In this document: one piece after another, positions 1 through 9,138 of the stretch
Layout of the letters: the number at the start of each line of letters is the position of its first letter
How positions within the stretch are numbered: position 1 is the first letter of the stretch
Assembly: GCA_014379455.1 (NCBI GenBank)
Contig: JACMLT010000287.1
Location: 1-50,499 of the forward strand
DNA length: 50,499 nucleotides
Reading direction: 5' to 3'
Source of the DNA: Nitrospiraceae bacterium
GTDB taxonomy: Bacteria; Nitrospirota; Nitrospiria; Nitrospirales; Nitrospiraceae
Position numbers and translations under genes: made by a program
The notes under the pieces: model-generated
What the model was told of the DNA's origin: nothing
Seen by the model: the letters and a program-made list of their open reading frames with translations, nothing else
Databases searched by the model: none

Positions 1-1176
1 CTCTACAACAAAGTGCTCGGCATCGTCGGGGCGGGGCAAATCGGCAGCCATCTCACGAAGCTGGCACAGGGAATCGGCATGAGCGTGGTCGCCTACGATC
101 CCTATTTGGCCGAGGAGCGCGCGCAGAAGATGGGCATTACCATGATGCCATTGGATGAACTCTTCAAGCATGCCGATATCATCTCTGTTCATACGCCGTT
201 GACGCCTGAGACCAAGGGCCTCATCAATGCCGGAGTGATTGCGACGATGAAGCCGGGAGTGATGATTGTGAATTGTGCCCGCGGCGGAATTATTCATGAG
301 GGAGATTTGTTTGACGCGTTGAAGGTCAAGCGTGTGGCGGCGGCCGCATTCGATGTATTTGAAGAAGAACCGGTGAAGGCGGATCATCCGTTGTTGACGC
401 TGGATAACTTTATCTGTACACCGCATATCGGAGCGCAGACGACCGAGGCGCAAGAGAATGTAGCGGTTGGGATCGCGGAACAGATCGTCGATTATTTCAC
501 CAAAGGCATTGCCCGAGGGGCGGTCAATATTCCATCTGTGTCTCCGGAGTTGCTTCCGAGACTCCAGCCCTATCTGTCGTTAGCCGAGCAGCTTGGGAAG
601 TTCCAAACGCAGCTGTGCGAAGGCGGGCTTGAGCGCGTGACCGTCGAATACAGTGGAGAAGTGGCCAGTCTGTCGATCGCACCGCTCACGATTGCGGTGT
701 TGAAGGGACTGTTGAGCCCAGTGATGGAAGCACCGGTGAACTACGTGAACGCGCCGATTGTCGCGAAGGAACGTGGAATCGAAGTGAAGGAAATAAAGAG
801 TTCCGATGCAGGCGATTTCACAAGTCTGATTCGCGTGCGAGTGGAGGCCGGTAAGAAGTCGTACCAGGTGGCCGGTACGCTTTTTCACAAGAAGGATCCC
901 CGCGTGGTGGAGATCGATCAGTTCAATGTTGAGGTGGTGCCGGAGGGACACATGCTCCTGATCCTCAACATCGATCGTCCCGGGGTGATCGGGATGGTGG
1001 GGAAGGTGCTCGGCGATAACCAGATCAATATCGTTCGGATGCAATGTGCGCTCGAAAAACGTGGCGGGAACGCGCTGCTCATTATTGGATCCGATGCAGT
1101 GTTTCCGAGTATAGCCCTTGAGACGATCAAGTCCAGCAAAGACATTCTCTCTGTCAAAGTCGCGGCTCTGTCTTAA
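1..1176 (+). CDS. serA: D-3-phosphoglycerate dehydrogenase, 3' portion (5' end lies outside the window)
   Basis: Frame 1 is open from nt 1, so the track ORF 13..1176 starts at an internal GTG. It has 2-hydroxyacid dehydrogenase motifs GAGQIGS, CARGGIIHE and TPHIGAQT, plus a C-terminal ACT-like segment LLILNIDRPGVIGMVG typical of long-form SerA. Confidence 0.85.
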   Translation, partial: LYNKVLGIVGAGQIGSHLTKLAQGIGMSVVAYDPYLAEERAQKMGITMMPLDELFKHADIISVHTPLTPETKGLINAGVIATMKPGVMIVNCARGGIIHEGDLFDALKVKRVAAAAFDVFEEEPVKADHPLLTLDNFICTPHIGAQTTEAQENVAVGIAEQIVDYFTKGIARGAVNIPSVSPELLPRLQPYLSLAEQLGKFQTQLCEGGLERVTVEYSGEVASLSIAPLTIAVLKGLLSPVMEAPVNYVNAPIVAKERGIEVKEIKSSDAGDFTSLIRVRVEAGKKSYQVAGTLFHKKDPRVVEIDQFNVEVVPEGHMLLILNIDRPGVIGMVGKVLGDNQINIVRMQCALEKRGGNALLIIGSDAVFPSIALETIKSSKDILSVKVAALS

Positions 1177-1202
1177 TCCCGCGCCCTACCCATCAGGTTG
1201 CC

Positions 1203-2597
1203 ATGGTTTCCGCTCCTCTGAAGTCCCATTCTTCGGGTCAGGTCCCGTCGTCCCGTGAGCGTTCACTGGTTCCCGTGGGCATGGCAACGATTCTTCCTCA
1301 CGCGGCGAAGCAGGTCCGTCGCTTTGAAGAACAGTTGCTCGGTCAAATCAACCAGTGGGGCTACGACGAGATCATTCTTCCCACGTTCGAGTATCTCGAC
1401 GTCTTGGCGCCAGGGCTTGAGCCGGAGCTGATCGAGCATTGCTATCAATTCGTCGATCGTACGACGGGGCGGACGCTCCTCCTTCGTCCGGATGCCACGG
1501 CGCAGATTGCCAGGACGGTTGCCATGGGGCTTACGGGTGCGACATTACCGCTGCGCCTTTCCTATCGAACGTCCGTATTTCGCTATGAACAGGAACACGC
1601 CGGGCGTGGCCGGGAAATATTTCAGGTCGGAGCCGAGCTGATCGGGCTCAATGATGTCACGAGCGACAGCGAGGTCATCGATTTGATGATCGAGTGTCTC
1701 CATACGATCGGGCTCCAGTCCTTCAAGGTGGCTCTCGGACATGTGGGGTTCATTAAAGGACTGCTGTTGCGATCAGGACTGTCTGTGCAGGGGCAGAAGT
1801 TGGCTGAGCAAGCGGCCGCGCGGAAGGATCTGCCGAGACTTGAGGAGATCCTCGCGAGTGAGCCTATTTCAAAGACAGTGGCCCGTGCCATACGGGAAGC
1901 GCCTGAGTTGTACGGTCAAGAGGAAGTGCTGGCACGTGGGCGAGTACTCGCGGCCGGCAATCCGGCATTGGCGGCCCCTCTCGATCGGCTCGCCCAGGTC
2001 TATCACGTGCTGTGTGCAGCCGGTCATCGAGAATCGCTGATTCTGGACCTGGGGGAATTTCGCGGGTTCGACTATTATGATGGTGTCGTGTTTGACGTGT
2101 TTGCCAAAGGATTGGGGGCGGAGTTAGGCGGGGGCGGACGGTATGATCACTTGATCGGTCGATTCGGTAGGCCGTTGCCCTCAACCGGTTTTGCGTTGGA
2201 CGTCGATCGGCTTTTTCGTACGATCGAGTTTCCCGATGAGGGATCGGCCTCAGCTCGGGTGGACTATCTTGTCGTCGCGCCAAGCCGGGCTACCCGTCGA
2301 TTGACGGCGGTTGCGGCCCAGCTGCGCCGAACTCGGGTCCGAGTTGTGCAGCAGACGATGAAGGGGAGCGAGGCGGCGCTTGTATCTGCTGCCGTGAAGG
2401 CTGGGTTGACTCAACAGGCAGCATCAGTGGTGGTGGTCGGTGCGCCGGGTGTGGGTCCTGATGAGGTGCTGGTGGTTGAGTCCTTCGCGACTCAGCGGCA
2501 GGGCCGACGAACCGGCAATTTGGGTCGTCTCTCGAAAAAGATGGAGCTTGCCGAACTCGTGTCATTAGCTCGCCGGCAGGTCAAGGAGCGGTCATGA
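1203..2597 (+). CDS. hisZ: ATP phosphoribosyltransferase regulatory subunit (HisRS paralogue) with an anticodon-binding-like C-terminal extension
   Basis: HisRS/HisZ motifs LRPDATAQIAR, FRYEQEHAGRGREIFQVGAELIG and GGGGRYDHL are present. The RPDxT form (rather than RPExT) favours HisZ over HisS. At 464 aa it is longer than I expect for HisZ. Its stop overlaps the dnaB start (ATGA at 2594). Confidence 0.7.
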   Translation: MVSAPLKSHSSGQVPSSRERSLVPVGMATILPHAAKQVRRFEEQLLGQINQWGYDEIILPTFEYLDVLAPGLEPELIEHCYQFVDRTTGRTLLLRPDATAQIARTVAMGLTGATLPLRLSYRTSVFRYEQEHAGRGREIFQVGAELIGLNDVTSDSEVIDLMIECLHTIGLQSFKVALGHVGFIKGLLLRSGLSVQGQKLAEQAAARKDLPRLEEILASEPISKTVARAIREAPELYGQEEVLARGRVLAAGNPALAAPLDRLAQVYHVLCAAGHRESLILDLGEFRGFDYYDGVVFDVFAKGLGAELGGGGRYDHLIGRFGRPLPSTGFALDVDRLFRTIEFPDEGSASARVDYLVVAPSRATRRLTAVAAQLRRTRVRVVQQTMKGSEAALVSAAVKAGLTQQAASVVVVGAPGVGPDEVLVVESFATQRQGRRTGNLGRLSKKMELAELVSLARRQVKERS

Positions 2598-3949
2598 AAT
2601 CGTTGTCAGCGGCCGATCTGTCCCAGCCGAAGTTGCCTCCTCAGAATCTGGAGGCCGAGCAGTCGGTTCTCGGCGCAGTCCTCCTCGATAATAGCGCGAT
2701 GGCCAAGGCGATGGAATTGCTGGTCGAAGAAAACTTCTATCGCACATCAAATCGGAAGATCTATCGTGCGATGCTGGAATTGTCGGACGTGGGAGAAGTC
2801 ATCGATCAGATTACGCTGACGGAACGGTTGAAGGCGCAGGGAGAAATAGAGGCCGTTGGTGGTGCAGCGTATTTAGCGGAACTCGTGCAGAGTGTCGCCA
2901 GCTCCGCCAATATCCGCTACCACTGCAAGATCGTGCGCGACAAGGCGTTGCTGCGAGAGCTGATCCATACTTCCACAGAAGTGCTCACGCGCGGGTACGA
3001 AGGCACTTCTTCAGTCGATGATCTGCTCGATTTTGCGGAACGGTCGGTGTTCAGCATCGCCCAGGGGAAACTGGATCGGTCGTTCACTCCCATTAATTCC
3101 ATCATTAAGGAAAGTCTCGACCTTGTCGACAAACTATCGAAACGGAAAGAACATATCACAGGCGTTCCCACAGGCTTTTACGATCTCGACGACATCACGG
3201 CGGGACTCCAACCTTCCGATCTCGTGGTGATCGCAGGGCGGCCCAGCATGGGAAAGACCAGCCTGGCGCTGGGGATGGCAGCCCATGCCGCCATCAACGC
3301 GGGTACCGTGGTTGGAATTTTCAGTCTGGAAATGTCAAAGCCGCAGATCGTCCTGCGTATGTTGAGTTCAGAGGCGCGGGTCGATGCGCATGCCCTCCGG
3401 ATCGGCAAGCTTCAGAAAGAGGATTGGTGGCGTCTTGCGGAGGCGGCAGGCCGGCTTGAACAAGCGCCAATCTATATAGACGATACCGGCGGCATCACCG
3501 TGCAGCAGATGCGGGGCAAGGCGCGTCGGTTGAAAGCAGAACGGGGGCTGGATCTTTTGATCGTCGACTACCTCCAGCTGATGCAGGGGCGGAGCGACTC
3601 GGAATCTCGCCAGCAGGAAATTTCCGACATTTCTCGCTCGTTGAAGGCTTTGGCCAAGGAACTCAACGTACCGGTGGTGGCATTGTCGCAGCTTAGCCGT
3701 GCGGTGGAAGCTCGAAAGCCACCGATTCCCATGCTGGCGGATCTCCGCGAGAGCGGCGCGATTGAGCAGGATGCAGACGTCGTCATGTTCATTTACCGTG
3801 AGGATGCGTACGATCAGAATTCCGAACGGAAGGGCATTGCCGATATTCTCGTGCTTAAACATCGCAACGGCCCGACGGGGAAAAGAGAGCTCTTCTTCCA
3901 CGACCGTTTCGCGAAGTTCGAGAGCCTCGACAATCGAGAAGTCGTTTGA
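2594..3949 (+). CDS. dnaB: replicative DNA helicase DnaB
   Basis: 451 aa with an N-terminal DnaB domain (PPQNLEAEQSVLGAVLLD), Walker A GRPSMGKTS, Walker B-like LLIVDYLQLM and SQLSR. The size leaves no room for an intein. Confidence 0.95.
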   Translation: MKSLSAADLSQPKLPPQNLEAEQSVLGAVLLDNSAMAKAMELLVEENFYRTSNRKIYRAMLELSDVGEVIDQITLTERLKAQGEIEAVGGAAYLAELVQSVASSANIRYHCKIVRDKALLRELIHTSTEVLTRGYEGTSSVDDLLDFAERSVFSIAQGKLDRSFTPINSIIKESLDLVDKLSKRKEHITGVPTGFYDLDDITAGLQPSDLVVIAGRPSMGKTSLALGMAAHAAINAGTVVGIFSLEMSKPQIVLRMLSSEARVDAHALRIGKLQKEDWWRLAEAAGRLEQAPIYIDDTGGITVQQMRGKARRLKAERGLDLLIVDYLQLMQGRSDSESRQQEISDISRSLKALAKELNVPVVALSQLSRAVEARKPPIPMLADLRESGAIEQDADVVMFIYREDAYDQNSERKGIADILVLKHRNGPTGKRELFFHDRFAKFESLDNREVV

Positions 3950-3974
3950 CCCTGTGCGACCCCACTCGTATAAT
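3946..3974 (+). promoter_or_regulatory. near-consensus sigma70-type promoter upstream of the TPR lipoprotein gene
   Basis: TTGACC (3946..3951), 17 nt spacer, TATAAT (3969..3974). The -35 box overlaps the dnaB TGA stop. An SD-like AAGAGGA (4009..4015) lies 8 nt before the TTG at 4024. Confidence 0.5.
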
Positions 3975-4023
3975 CTTTCTCACCACCACGACCGGATCTG
4001 AGTCTGCCAAGAGGAACGTATAA

Positions 4024-5859
4024 TTGTTTACGGCACGAGTCATTCTGAGCCGAACGGCGAACAGTCGATTTTCCGCATTGATTTCCAGCGTCATGTGCTG
4101 GTTACTTTCCCTGATGGTGGTGGCCTGCGCGAGTGCGCCTCAGACACCTGATAAGATACCCGCCTCTGCCGATACGCCGAAGCCGGTATCCTCGGCTCAT
4201 TCCCCCAATGCGACTGCGGCATTTCATTTTATGCTGGGGTACCAAGCCGAGCTTGCACAGGATACGGATCGTGCGATTCAGGAATATCAAACCGCACTGA
4301 AGGCGGATCCGGCGTCTCAGTCTGTGAAGGCCAGGCTGGCCAGTCTCTATTTTTCCCTGGGCGATATGCCGAATGCTGTCAACTATGCGGATCAAGCGGC
4401 GGAGGGTTTGAGCCAAGATGGTCAGTTGCTCACACAGATGGCAGGGATTCTTGCCAGCGCGGGGCAAGGGGAACGTGCAGTGAAATTATTGGATCGCGCG
4501 ATCGAGATTGATCAGACATCCGGCGATCCCTATTTTACGAAGGGACTGTTGCTGCTGAGCCTGAAACGGCAGCCCGAAGCGGAGCAGGCCATTCGAGCCG
4601 GGTTGGCGCGGGCGCCCGAGTCCGCCGTTGGTTATTATCACTTGGGGCGCATACTGCTCGATGCGGAGAAAGGAGCGGAGGCCGCAGCGAGTTTGGAACG
4701 GGCGATTGCGGTGAATGCCTCGTTTGAACCAGCCTACCTTGCCCTGGCTTCGGTGTATGAATCGCAGAAGGCCCCAGATCGAGCGGTGGTCGTGCTGCGA
4801 AAATATCTCCAGACGGTGAACTCTCGGAGCCGGGATATCCGGCATCAGTTGGTTCGGCTCTATGTCGCGACCAAAGATTATCAGGGAGCCAGGAAAGAAT
4901 TGACTGATTTGCTGGCGGAGGACCCTTCGGACACCGATGCTCAGCTTCGACTGGCGCTTCTGTATGGAGAGGAAAAGGAATATCCCAAGGCGATCGACCA
5001 ACTGATCCAGATTCTGAAGGCACGCCCGACGGAACTCAAAATCAGAGATTACCTCGGGTACCTCTACGAGGAGTCCAAAGATACGAAGAAGGCCATCGAG
5101 ACGTATACGTTTAACGTGCAACTTGAGCCATCTTATTTTGAAGGGCATCTGCATCTCGGCCTCTTGTTCTACAGACTGAAGGAATTTCCTGAGGCCATCA
5201 CGCATTTGAATAAGGCCGTCACGATTAATCCCAAACAGCCTGAGGCTCACATCGTGCTGGGATTGACCTATTTGCAGAAGGACCAGTTCGACGATGCGGC
5301 AAAGGTGTTGGAAGACGGTATCGGCCACAACCCAAAGAATGCCGATTTGCACTTCAATCTTGGCACCGTCTACGACAAGCTCAATCGATTCGATGACGTC
5401 GTGCGCGCCATGGAGGCGGCCATCAAGCTGGACCCTCATCATGCCGATGCACTCAATTATCTGGGGTATAGCTACGCAGAACGGGGCGTCAAGATCGACC
5501 AAGCCCTTTCCCTGACCACGCGGGCTGTCGCGCTCAAACCGAGCAATGGGTACTATATCGATAGTCTCGCTTGGGCCTTGTTTAAATCCGGAATGCTCAC
5601 TGAAGCCTTAACGGAAATAAAGCGTGCAGTGGCGCTTGCCGAGGATGATCCGGTGCTCTATGAGCATCTCGGGGATATCTATGCCACACAACGAAACCTT
5701 TCAGACGCTCGTGAATCCTGGCTCCGTGCTCTGGAGCTTGACCCATCCAATAGTAAGTTGATGGATCGATTCCGTGAGCAAGGGATGGGCGACCCGGCAC
5801 AGGAAGAACGTATCCAGCAGGCCAAACGGCGTGTATCTGAGAAGACGCAAGCTCGCTAG
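4024..5859 (+). CDS. TPR-repeat lipoprotein
   Basis: 611 aa. The N-terminus MFTARVILSRTANSRFSALISSVMCWLLSLMVVAC-AS resembles a lipoprotein signal with a lipobox-like VVAC. The rest is a run of TPR-like repeats (AIQEYQTALKADP, AIETYTFNVQLEP, AITHLNKAVTINP, AMEAAIKLDP, SWLRALELDP). The TTG start is supported by the SD-like box; ATG 4093 is an alternative. Confidence 0.8.
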   Translation: MFTARVILSRTANSRFSALISSVMCWLLSLMVVACASAPQTPDKIPASADTPKPVSSAHSPNATAAFHFMLGYQAELAQDTDRAIQEYQTALKADPASQSVKARLASLYFSLGDMPNAVNYADQAAEGLSQDGQLLTQMAGILASAGQGERAVKLLDRAIEIDQTSGDPYFTKGLLLLSLKRQPEAEQAIRAGLARAPESAVGYYHLGRILLDAEKGAEAAASLERAIAVNASFEPAYLALASVYESQKAPDRAVVVLRKYLQTVNSRSRDIRHQLVRLYVATKDYQGARKELTDLLAEDPSDTDAQLRLALLYGEEKEYPKAIDQLIQILKARPTELKIRDYLGYLYEESKDTKKAIETYTFNVQLEPSYFEGHLHLGLLFYRLKEFPEAITHLNKAVTINPKQPEAHIVLGLTYLQKDQFDDAAKVLEDGIGHNPKNADLHFNLGTVYDKLNRFDDVVRAMEAAIKLDPHHADALNYLGYSYAERGVKIDQALSLTTRAVALKPSNGYYIDSLAWALFKSGMLTEALTEIKRAVALAEDDPVLYEHLGDIYATQRNLSDARESWLRALELDPSNSKLMDRFREQGMGDPAQEERIQQAKRRVSEKTQAR

Positions 5860-6210
5860 CACATCCCGATACCTCTCTCTAACAGCGGCTCCATCTTTGA
5901 ATTCAATTCAGGCCATCTTCCCGAATTCTCTTCCCGTCATCTAATGGGCTGATTTGCAGCTCTGTCTTCTCACGAATAGCTGTCTTTACTCGTTGTTTTA
6001 CTTGTGCAGATGGCGAAGTCCATGAATCAACCTTCTCCGTGAAGAGCAAGTGGATGAGATCAGGTCCCGTGCGGTGGGTGACAAATATTGGCAGATCAGA
6101 GCAAAAGCTGGAGAGACATCCTCCGCCCAGGATCTGTTGCCTAGTAAGCCAAGAATCATAACTATTTGATATTTCATGTGAATAAGTTTTTCTTGGCCTA
6201 GTCATGCACC

Positions 6211-6226
6211 AGGCATCGAACCTGCT
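6211..6226 (+). promoter_or_regulatory. candidate sigma54 (-24/-12) promoter for the pilin gene
   Basis: AGGCATCGAACCTGCT compared with the consensus TGGCAC-N5-TTGCW. GG (6212..6213) and GC (6224..6225) have the correct 12-nt register, and 8 of 12 defined positions match. It lies about 100 nt upstream of the pilin ATG. Confidence 0.4.
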
Positions 6227-6328
6227 ATAGGACTAGGTAACAACAATCGGACGCGAGTTCCGATGAGAGAATGAAGCAAGCAAGGGTGTGAAGGGGAGTT
6301 AGTGAACCATCAACAAGGAGGCAGTACG

Positions 6329-6853
6329 ATGTTGAAGCAGTTGAAGAGTCAAAAGGGTTTTACCCTGATCGAGTTGATGATCGTCGTGGCGATCATCGGA
6401 ATCTTGGCGGCCATCGCCATCCCGAACTTCATCGCCTATCAGGCGAAGTCAAAGCAGGCGGAGGCGAAAGTGGCTCTTGGGGCGATTTTTACCTCAGCCG
6501 TAGCCTTCAATGCTGAATCGGTTCCCAATACCTATGCGCCTTCAACTATAGGTCTGATCGGGTATACGCCTTCAGGGGCTCCGCGGTACTCTTTCTGGTA
6601 TGCAGTTGACATAACTGCCGGTGGTCCTGGCCCTGGTACCCCCACCGTGTTCCCGGGGGCGCCAGTTGTGGTGGCTGGTTCCTGTAACACCGGTACCTCT
6701 CCTGCTGTCGGTGGGGCTGTTGCGGCAAGTCCAACAGGATTTACCACAGGCGCTAAGGGGAACGTGGACGGTGACATAGCCTGCGATGAGTGGACTATGA
6801 ATGACCAGCGCAGCTTGATCAACGCGAAGAACGACGTGTCTGCGACAACATAA
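6329..6853 (+). CDS. pilA: type IVa major pilin (prepilin)
   Basis: AAGGAGG (6315..6321) sits 7 nt before ATG 6329. The class III leader [10 protein letters not shown]|[37 protein letters not shown] closely resembles Myxococcus/Geobacter-type PilA N-termini. Two Cys ([14 protein letters not shown]) fit a C-terminal disulfide loop. The track start GTG 6302 is rejected in favour of the SD-linked ATG. Confidence 0.92.
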   Translation: MLKQLKSQKGFTLIELMIVVAIIGILAAIAIPNFIAYQAKSKQAEAKVALGAIFTSAVAFNAESVPNTYAPSTIGLIGYTPSGAPRYSFWYAVDITAGGPGPGTPTVFPGAPVVVAGSCNTGTSPAVGGAVAASPTGFTTGAKGNVDGDIACDEWTMNDQRSLINAKNDVSATT

Positions 6854-6892
6854 CACGTTGCTCTGAGGCGGTGAAGTCACCGTTGCAGGAAA

Positions 6893-6934
6893 GGGGGAGA
6901 GAGGCCGTGATGGTCTCTCTCCCTCTCTCGTTGT
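6893..6934 (+). terminator. candidate intrinsic terminator after the pilin gene
   Basis: Stem 6895..6906 (GGGAGAGAGGCC) pairs with 6912..6923 (GGTCTCTCTCCC), giving 12 bp including one G-U, with the 5-nt loop GTGAT. It is followed by the pyrimidine/T-rich tail TCTCTCGTTGT. Confidence 0.5.
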
Positions 6935-7071
6935 GGGGCAAACGACAGATTTTCTTGACAGAATTTGGGGTGGCTTCTACGGTGGTTTTGTCCTGACTAC
7001 CGCCAGGAACAGAAGCAACGCGACTCTGCTCCGATGCCAACGGAACAAAATTTCTTTAAGTCACAGCCTCG

Positions 7072-9138
7072 ATGATCGAACATTGCGAGAGAGAACAGCT
7101 CGTGAATGCCAAAGCGGGGGAAGCCACCTCCAGCCTTTTGGAGAGGTTCGACAAGGATCTCGCCGCAACCCTGACCCGGCACCTATTTTCTTGGCCTCTC
7201 TCACCGGCGGTTCTTCTTCTCGGAAGCCTCATCATCTTTTCTCCCTTGATTGAAGGCGGGACTACACACGTGCCTGTTTTGATCATGCGGCTGACGCTTC
7301 TCGGAGCATTCGTTGCATGGACTATGAATCGGATGAGGTTGAAAGAGATTGCGCTCATCCGGAGTCGTCTTATTCCTGTCCTCGTCTTGTTCTTAGGATG
7401 GGCTGGTCTCTCGTTGTGGTGGGCTCCCTATAAGAATCCAAGTGTCCAATGGGTCATCAGTCTCCTGATGTATGCCGTATTGTTCGGTGTCGTCCTGCAG
7501 GGTATTCGGACGAATCGACAGGTGGGGCAAGTCGTCATGGTCATGGTGGGAATGGGGCTCTGTGAAGGGGTGCTGGGGATCGTTCAATACGTCTGGTTTG
7601 GTGAAGCGAGGGCAAAGGGCACATTCTTTAATCCAAACTTCTTTGCGACGTATGAGGTTGCGATTCTGTCTATTGCGCTCGCTCTATTGAGCGGTATCCC
7701 GCGGAGCGAGATGAAAAGATGGCAGAGTGTATGTCTATGGAGCATCGTCGCCATCACGTTTTGCGCATTCATGGTCGCCCAGTCACGAGGAGCGTTGCTG
7801 GCATTAGTGACTGCCGTCATATTCATCGGCTGTTACCGATTCGGAAAAATTGCTCTGCTGATCCTCATCGTGAGCCTCGCAGCAGGGGCTGTGATCCCGA
7901 ATCCTCTCAAGCAGCGGATGGTTGACGTCGCTACGCAGGACCCCTATGCCTTCAGCCGAATAGATATTTGGAAGAACTCGATGGAGCGCATTGCCGATCG
8001 ACCATTGGGCATAGGGCTGGGGATGTATAAATACTCCTCGTTCCAATATCGGTTTCCTATTGAGTCCAGCATTGTTCGGTATGTGAAAAGGGCTGAGTCG
8101 GCGCATAACGAGTACCTACAGATGGCGGTTGAATTGGGAGTGGGAGGGTTAGCGATCTTCTTGCTCGGCATCGGGATATGGGGAAGAGAAGTCAAAGTTG
8201 CGTTCCACAGCGAGTTGGAGCCATGGGAGCGAGGGCTTGTGACGGGGCTGACTGGCGCGGTGTTGGGCATCTTAGCGCATAGCCTGGTGGATTCTGTGTT
8301 CCATGAACCAGCGCTGGTTATTCTCCTGATTGTGTGTGGAGGTTTTGTCTTTGCGCTTCGATCGATCAAAAAACCTGACATCTCACGGCAGAGCGTGCCG
8401 TTTTCTTATCATCCGGTACGGTTTACTCTTGTTCTGCTCTGTGGAGTTGTGCTTGCGGTCCTCATCATCCAGCCGGCAGCGGGGTGGTACGCTCATGAGC
8501 GCGGGCAGGCCGAGGCTCAAGTTGGACGGCAGGATCTAGCACTGGACTGGTTTCGCCTGGCATCGCTGATCGACCCCGGCACGACTGGATACCATGATGC
8601 CAGTGCACGGACACTTGTCCAGCTCTTCCATCAGTCGGGCGATCCGCAGCGGTTGGTCAAGGCAGTTGAGGAGGAAGGGCAGGCGATTGAACTGAACCCG
8701 TTAGATGGGCGGTTTCCATATCGGCTGGGAACGATCTATGGTTTACTGGCAGAACAACATTTTTCAAAGGATCAGCGTGATCTCCTGCTGAATCAGGCCG
8801 CACAGGCTTACGGACAAGCCGTTCATGCCGATCCGTACTCTCCTCTGAGCTATATGGCATTGGCGAACATTCGGTTGCCACAAGGACGGGTAGAGGAAGC
8901 GAAATTATGGTTGCAGCGAGCCGTAGGCACCGAGCCAAACTATCTTCCGGCTCGCGTGGTCCTTGCAGAACTCTCTCTGAAGGCTGGTGAACACGAAGCT
9001 GCGCAATCGGAATTCGCTGCGATCGTCGCCGTCCAACGAAAATATGAGCGGGAGGTCCTGAGCGACATCGAACGTCAGTTTATCACCGTCGATCTTTCCC
9101 CGTTAGGAAGGGCGTTGACTCCGGAGTCTAAGCCATGA
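7072..9138 (+). CDS. O-antigen ligase family (Wzy_C-type) polytopic membrane protein with a C-terminal TPR domain; possible pilin O-oligosaccharyltransferase or WaaL-like ligase
   Basis: 688 aa with many hydrophobic spans in the first ~430 aa. A Wzy_C-like block is present (SRGALLALVTAVIF ... RAESAHNEYLQMAVELGVGGLAIF). The C-terminal ~200 aa is TPR-like (AIELNPLDGRFPY, AYGQAVHADPYSP, WLQRAVGTEPNY). Confidence 0.8.
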   Translation: MIEHCEREQLVNAKAGEATSSLLERFDKDLAATLTRHLFSWPLSPAVLLLGSLIIFSPLIEGGTTHVPVLIMRLTLLGAFVAWTMNRMRLKEIALIRSRLIPVLVLFLGWAGLSLWWAPYKNPSVQWVISLLMYAVLFGVVLQGIRTNRQVGQVVMVMVGMGLCEGVLGIVQYVWFGEARAKGTFFNPNFFATYEVAILSIALALLSGIPRSEMKRWQSVCLWSIVAITFCAFMVAQSRGALLALVTAVIFIGCYRFGKIALLILIVSLAAGAVIPNPLKQRMVDVATQDPYAFSRIDIWKNSMERIADRPLGIGLGMYKYSSFQYRFPIESSIVRYVKRAESAHNEYLQMAVELGVGGLAIFLLGIGIWGREVKVAFHSELEPWERGLVTGLTGAVLGILAHSLVDSVFHEPALVILLIVCGGFVFALRSIKKPDISRQSVPFSYHPVRFTLVLLCGVVLAVLIIQPAAGWYAHERGQAEAQVGRQDLALDWFRLASLIDPGTTGYHDASARTLVQLFHQSGDPQRLVKAVEEEGQAIELNPLDGRFPYRLGTIYGLLAEQHFSKDQRDLLLNQAAQAYGQAVHADPYSPLSYMALANIRLPQGRVEEAKLWLQRAVGTEPNYLPARVVLAELSLKAGEHEAAQSEFAAIVAVQRKYEREVLSDIERQFITVDLSPLGRALTPESKP

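Noticed and set aside
4486-5502. 338-aa antisense ORF inside the TPR lipoprotein gene.
   Set aside because: It lies entirely opposite a gene with clear repeat structure, a signal peptide and SD support. Its sequence is low-complexity and Arg/Leu/Gln-rich without recognisable motifs. Ala/Leu/Glu-rich TPR genes typically leave the antisense frame free of stops.
5903-6205. 100-aa minus-strand ORF in the gap between the TPR gene and the pilin gene.
   Set aside because: No SD, no recognisable motif and no hydrophobic or repeat pattern. It sits in an AT-richer region that more plausibly serves as the pilin regulatory region. It cannot be excluded as a small hypothetical gene or gene remnant.
6955-6983. 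A perfect TTGACA -35 hexamer upstream of the Wzy_C gene.
   Set aside because: The best -10 at 17-nt spacing is TACGGT (3 of 6), so promoter evidence is insufficient. The gene may instead be read through from pilA past the putative terminator.
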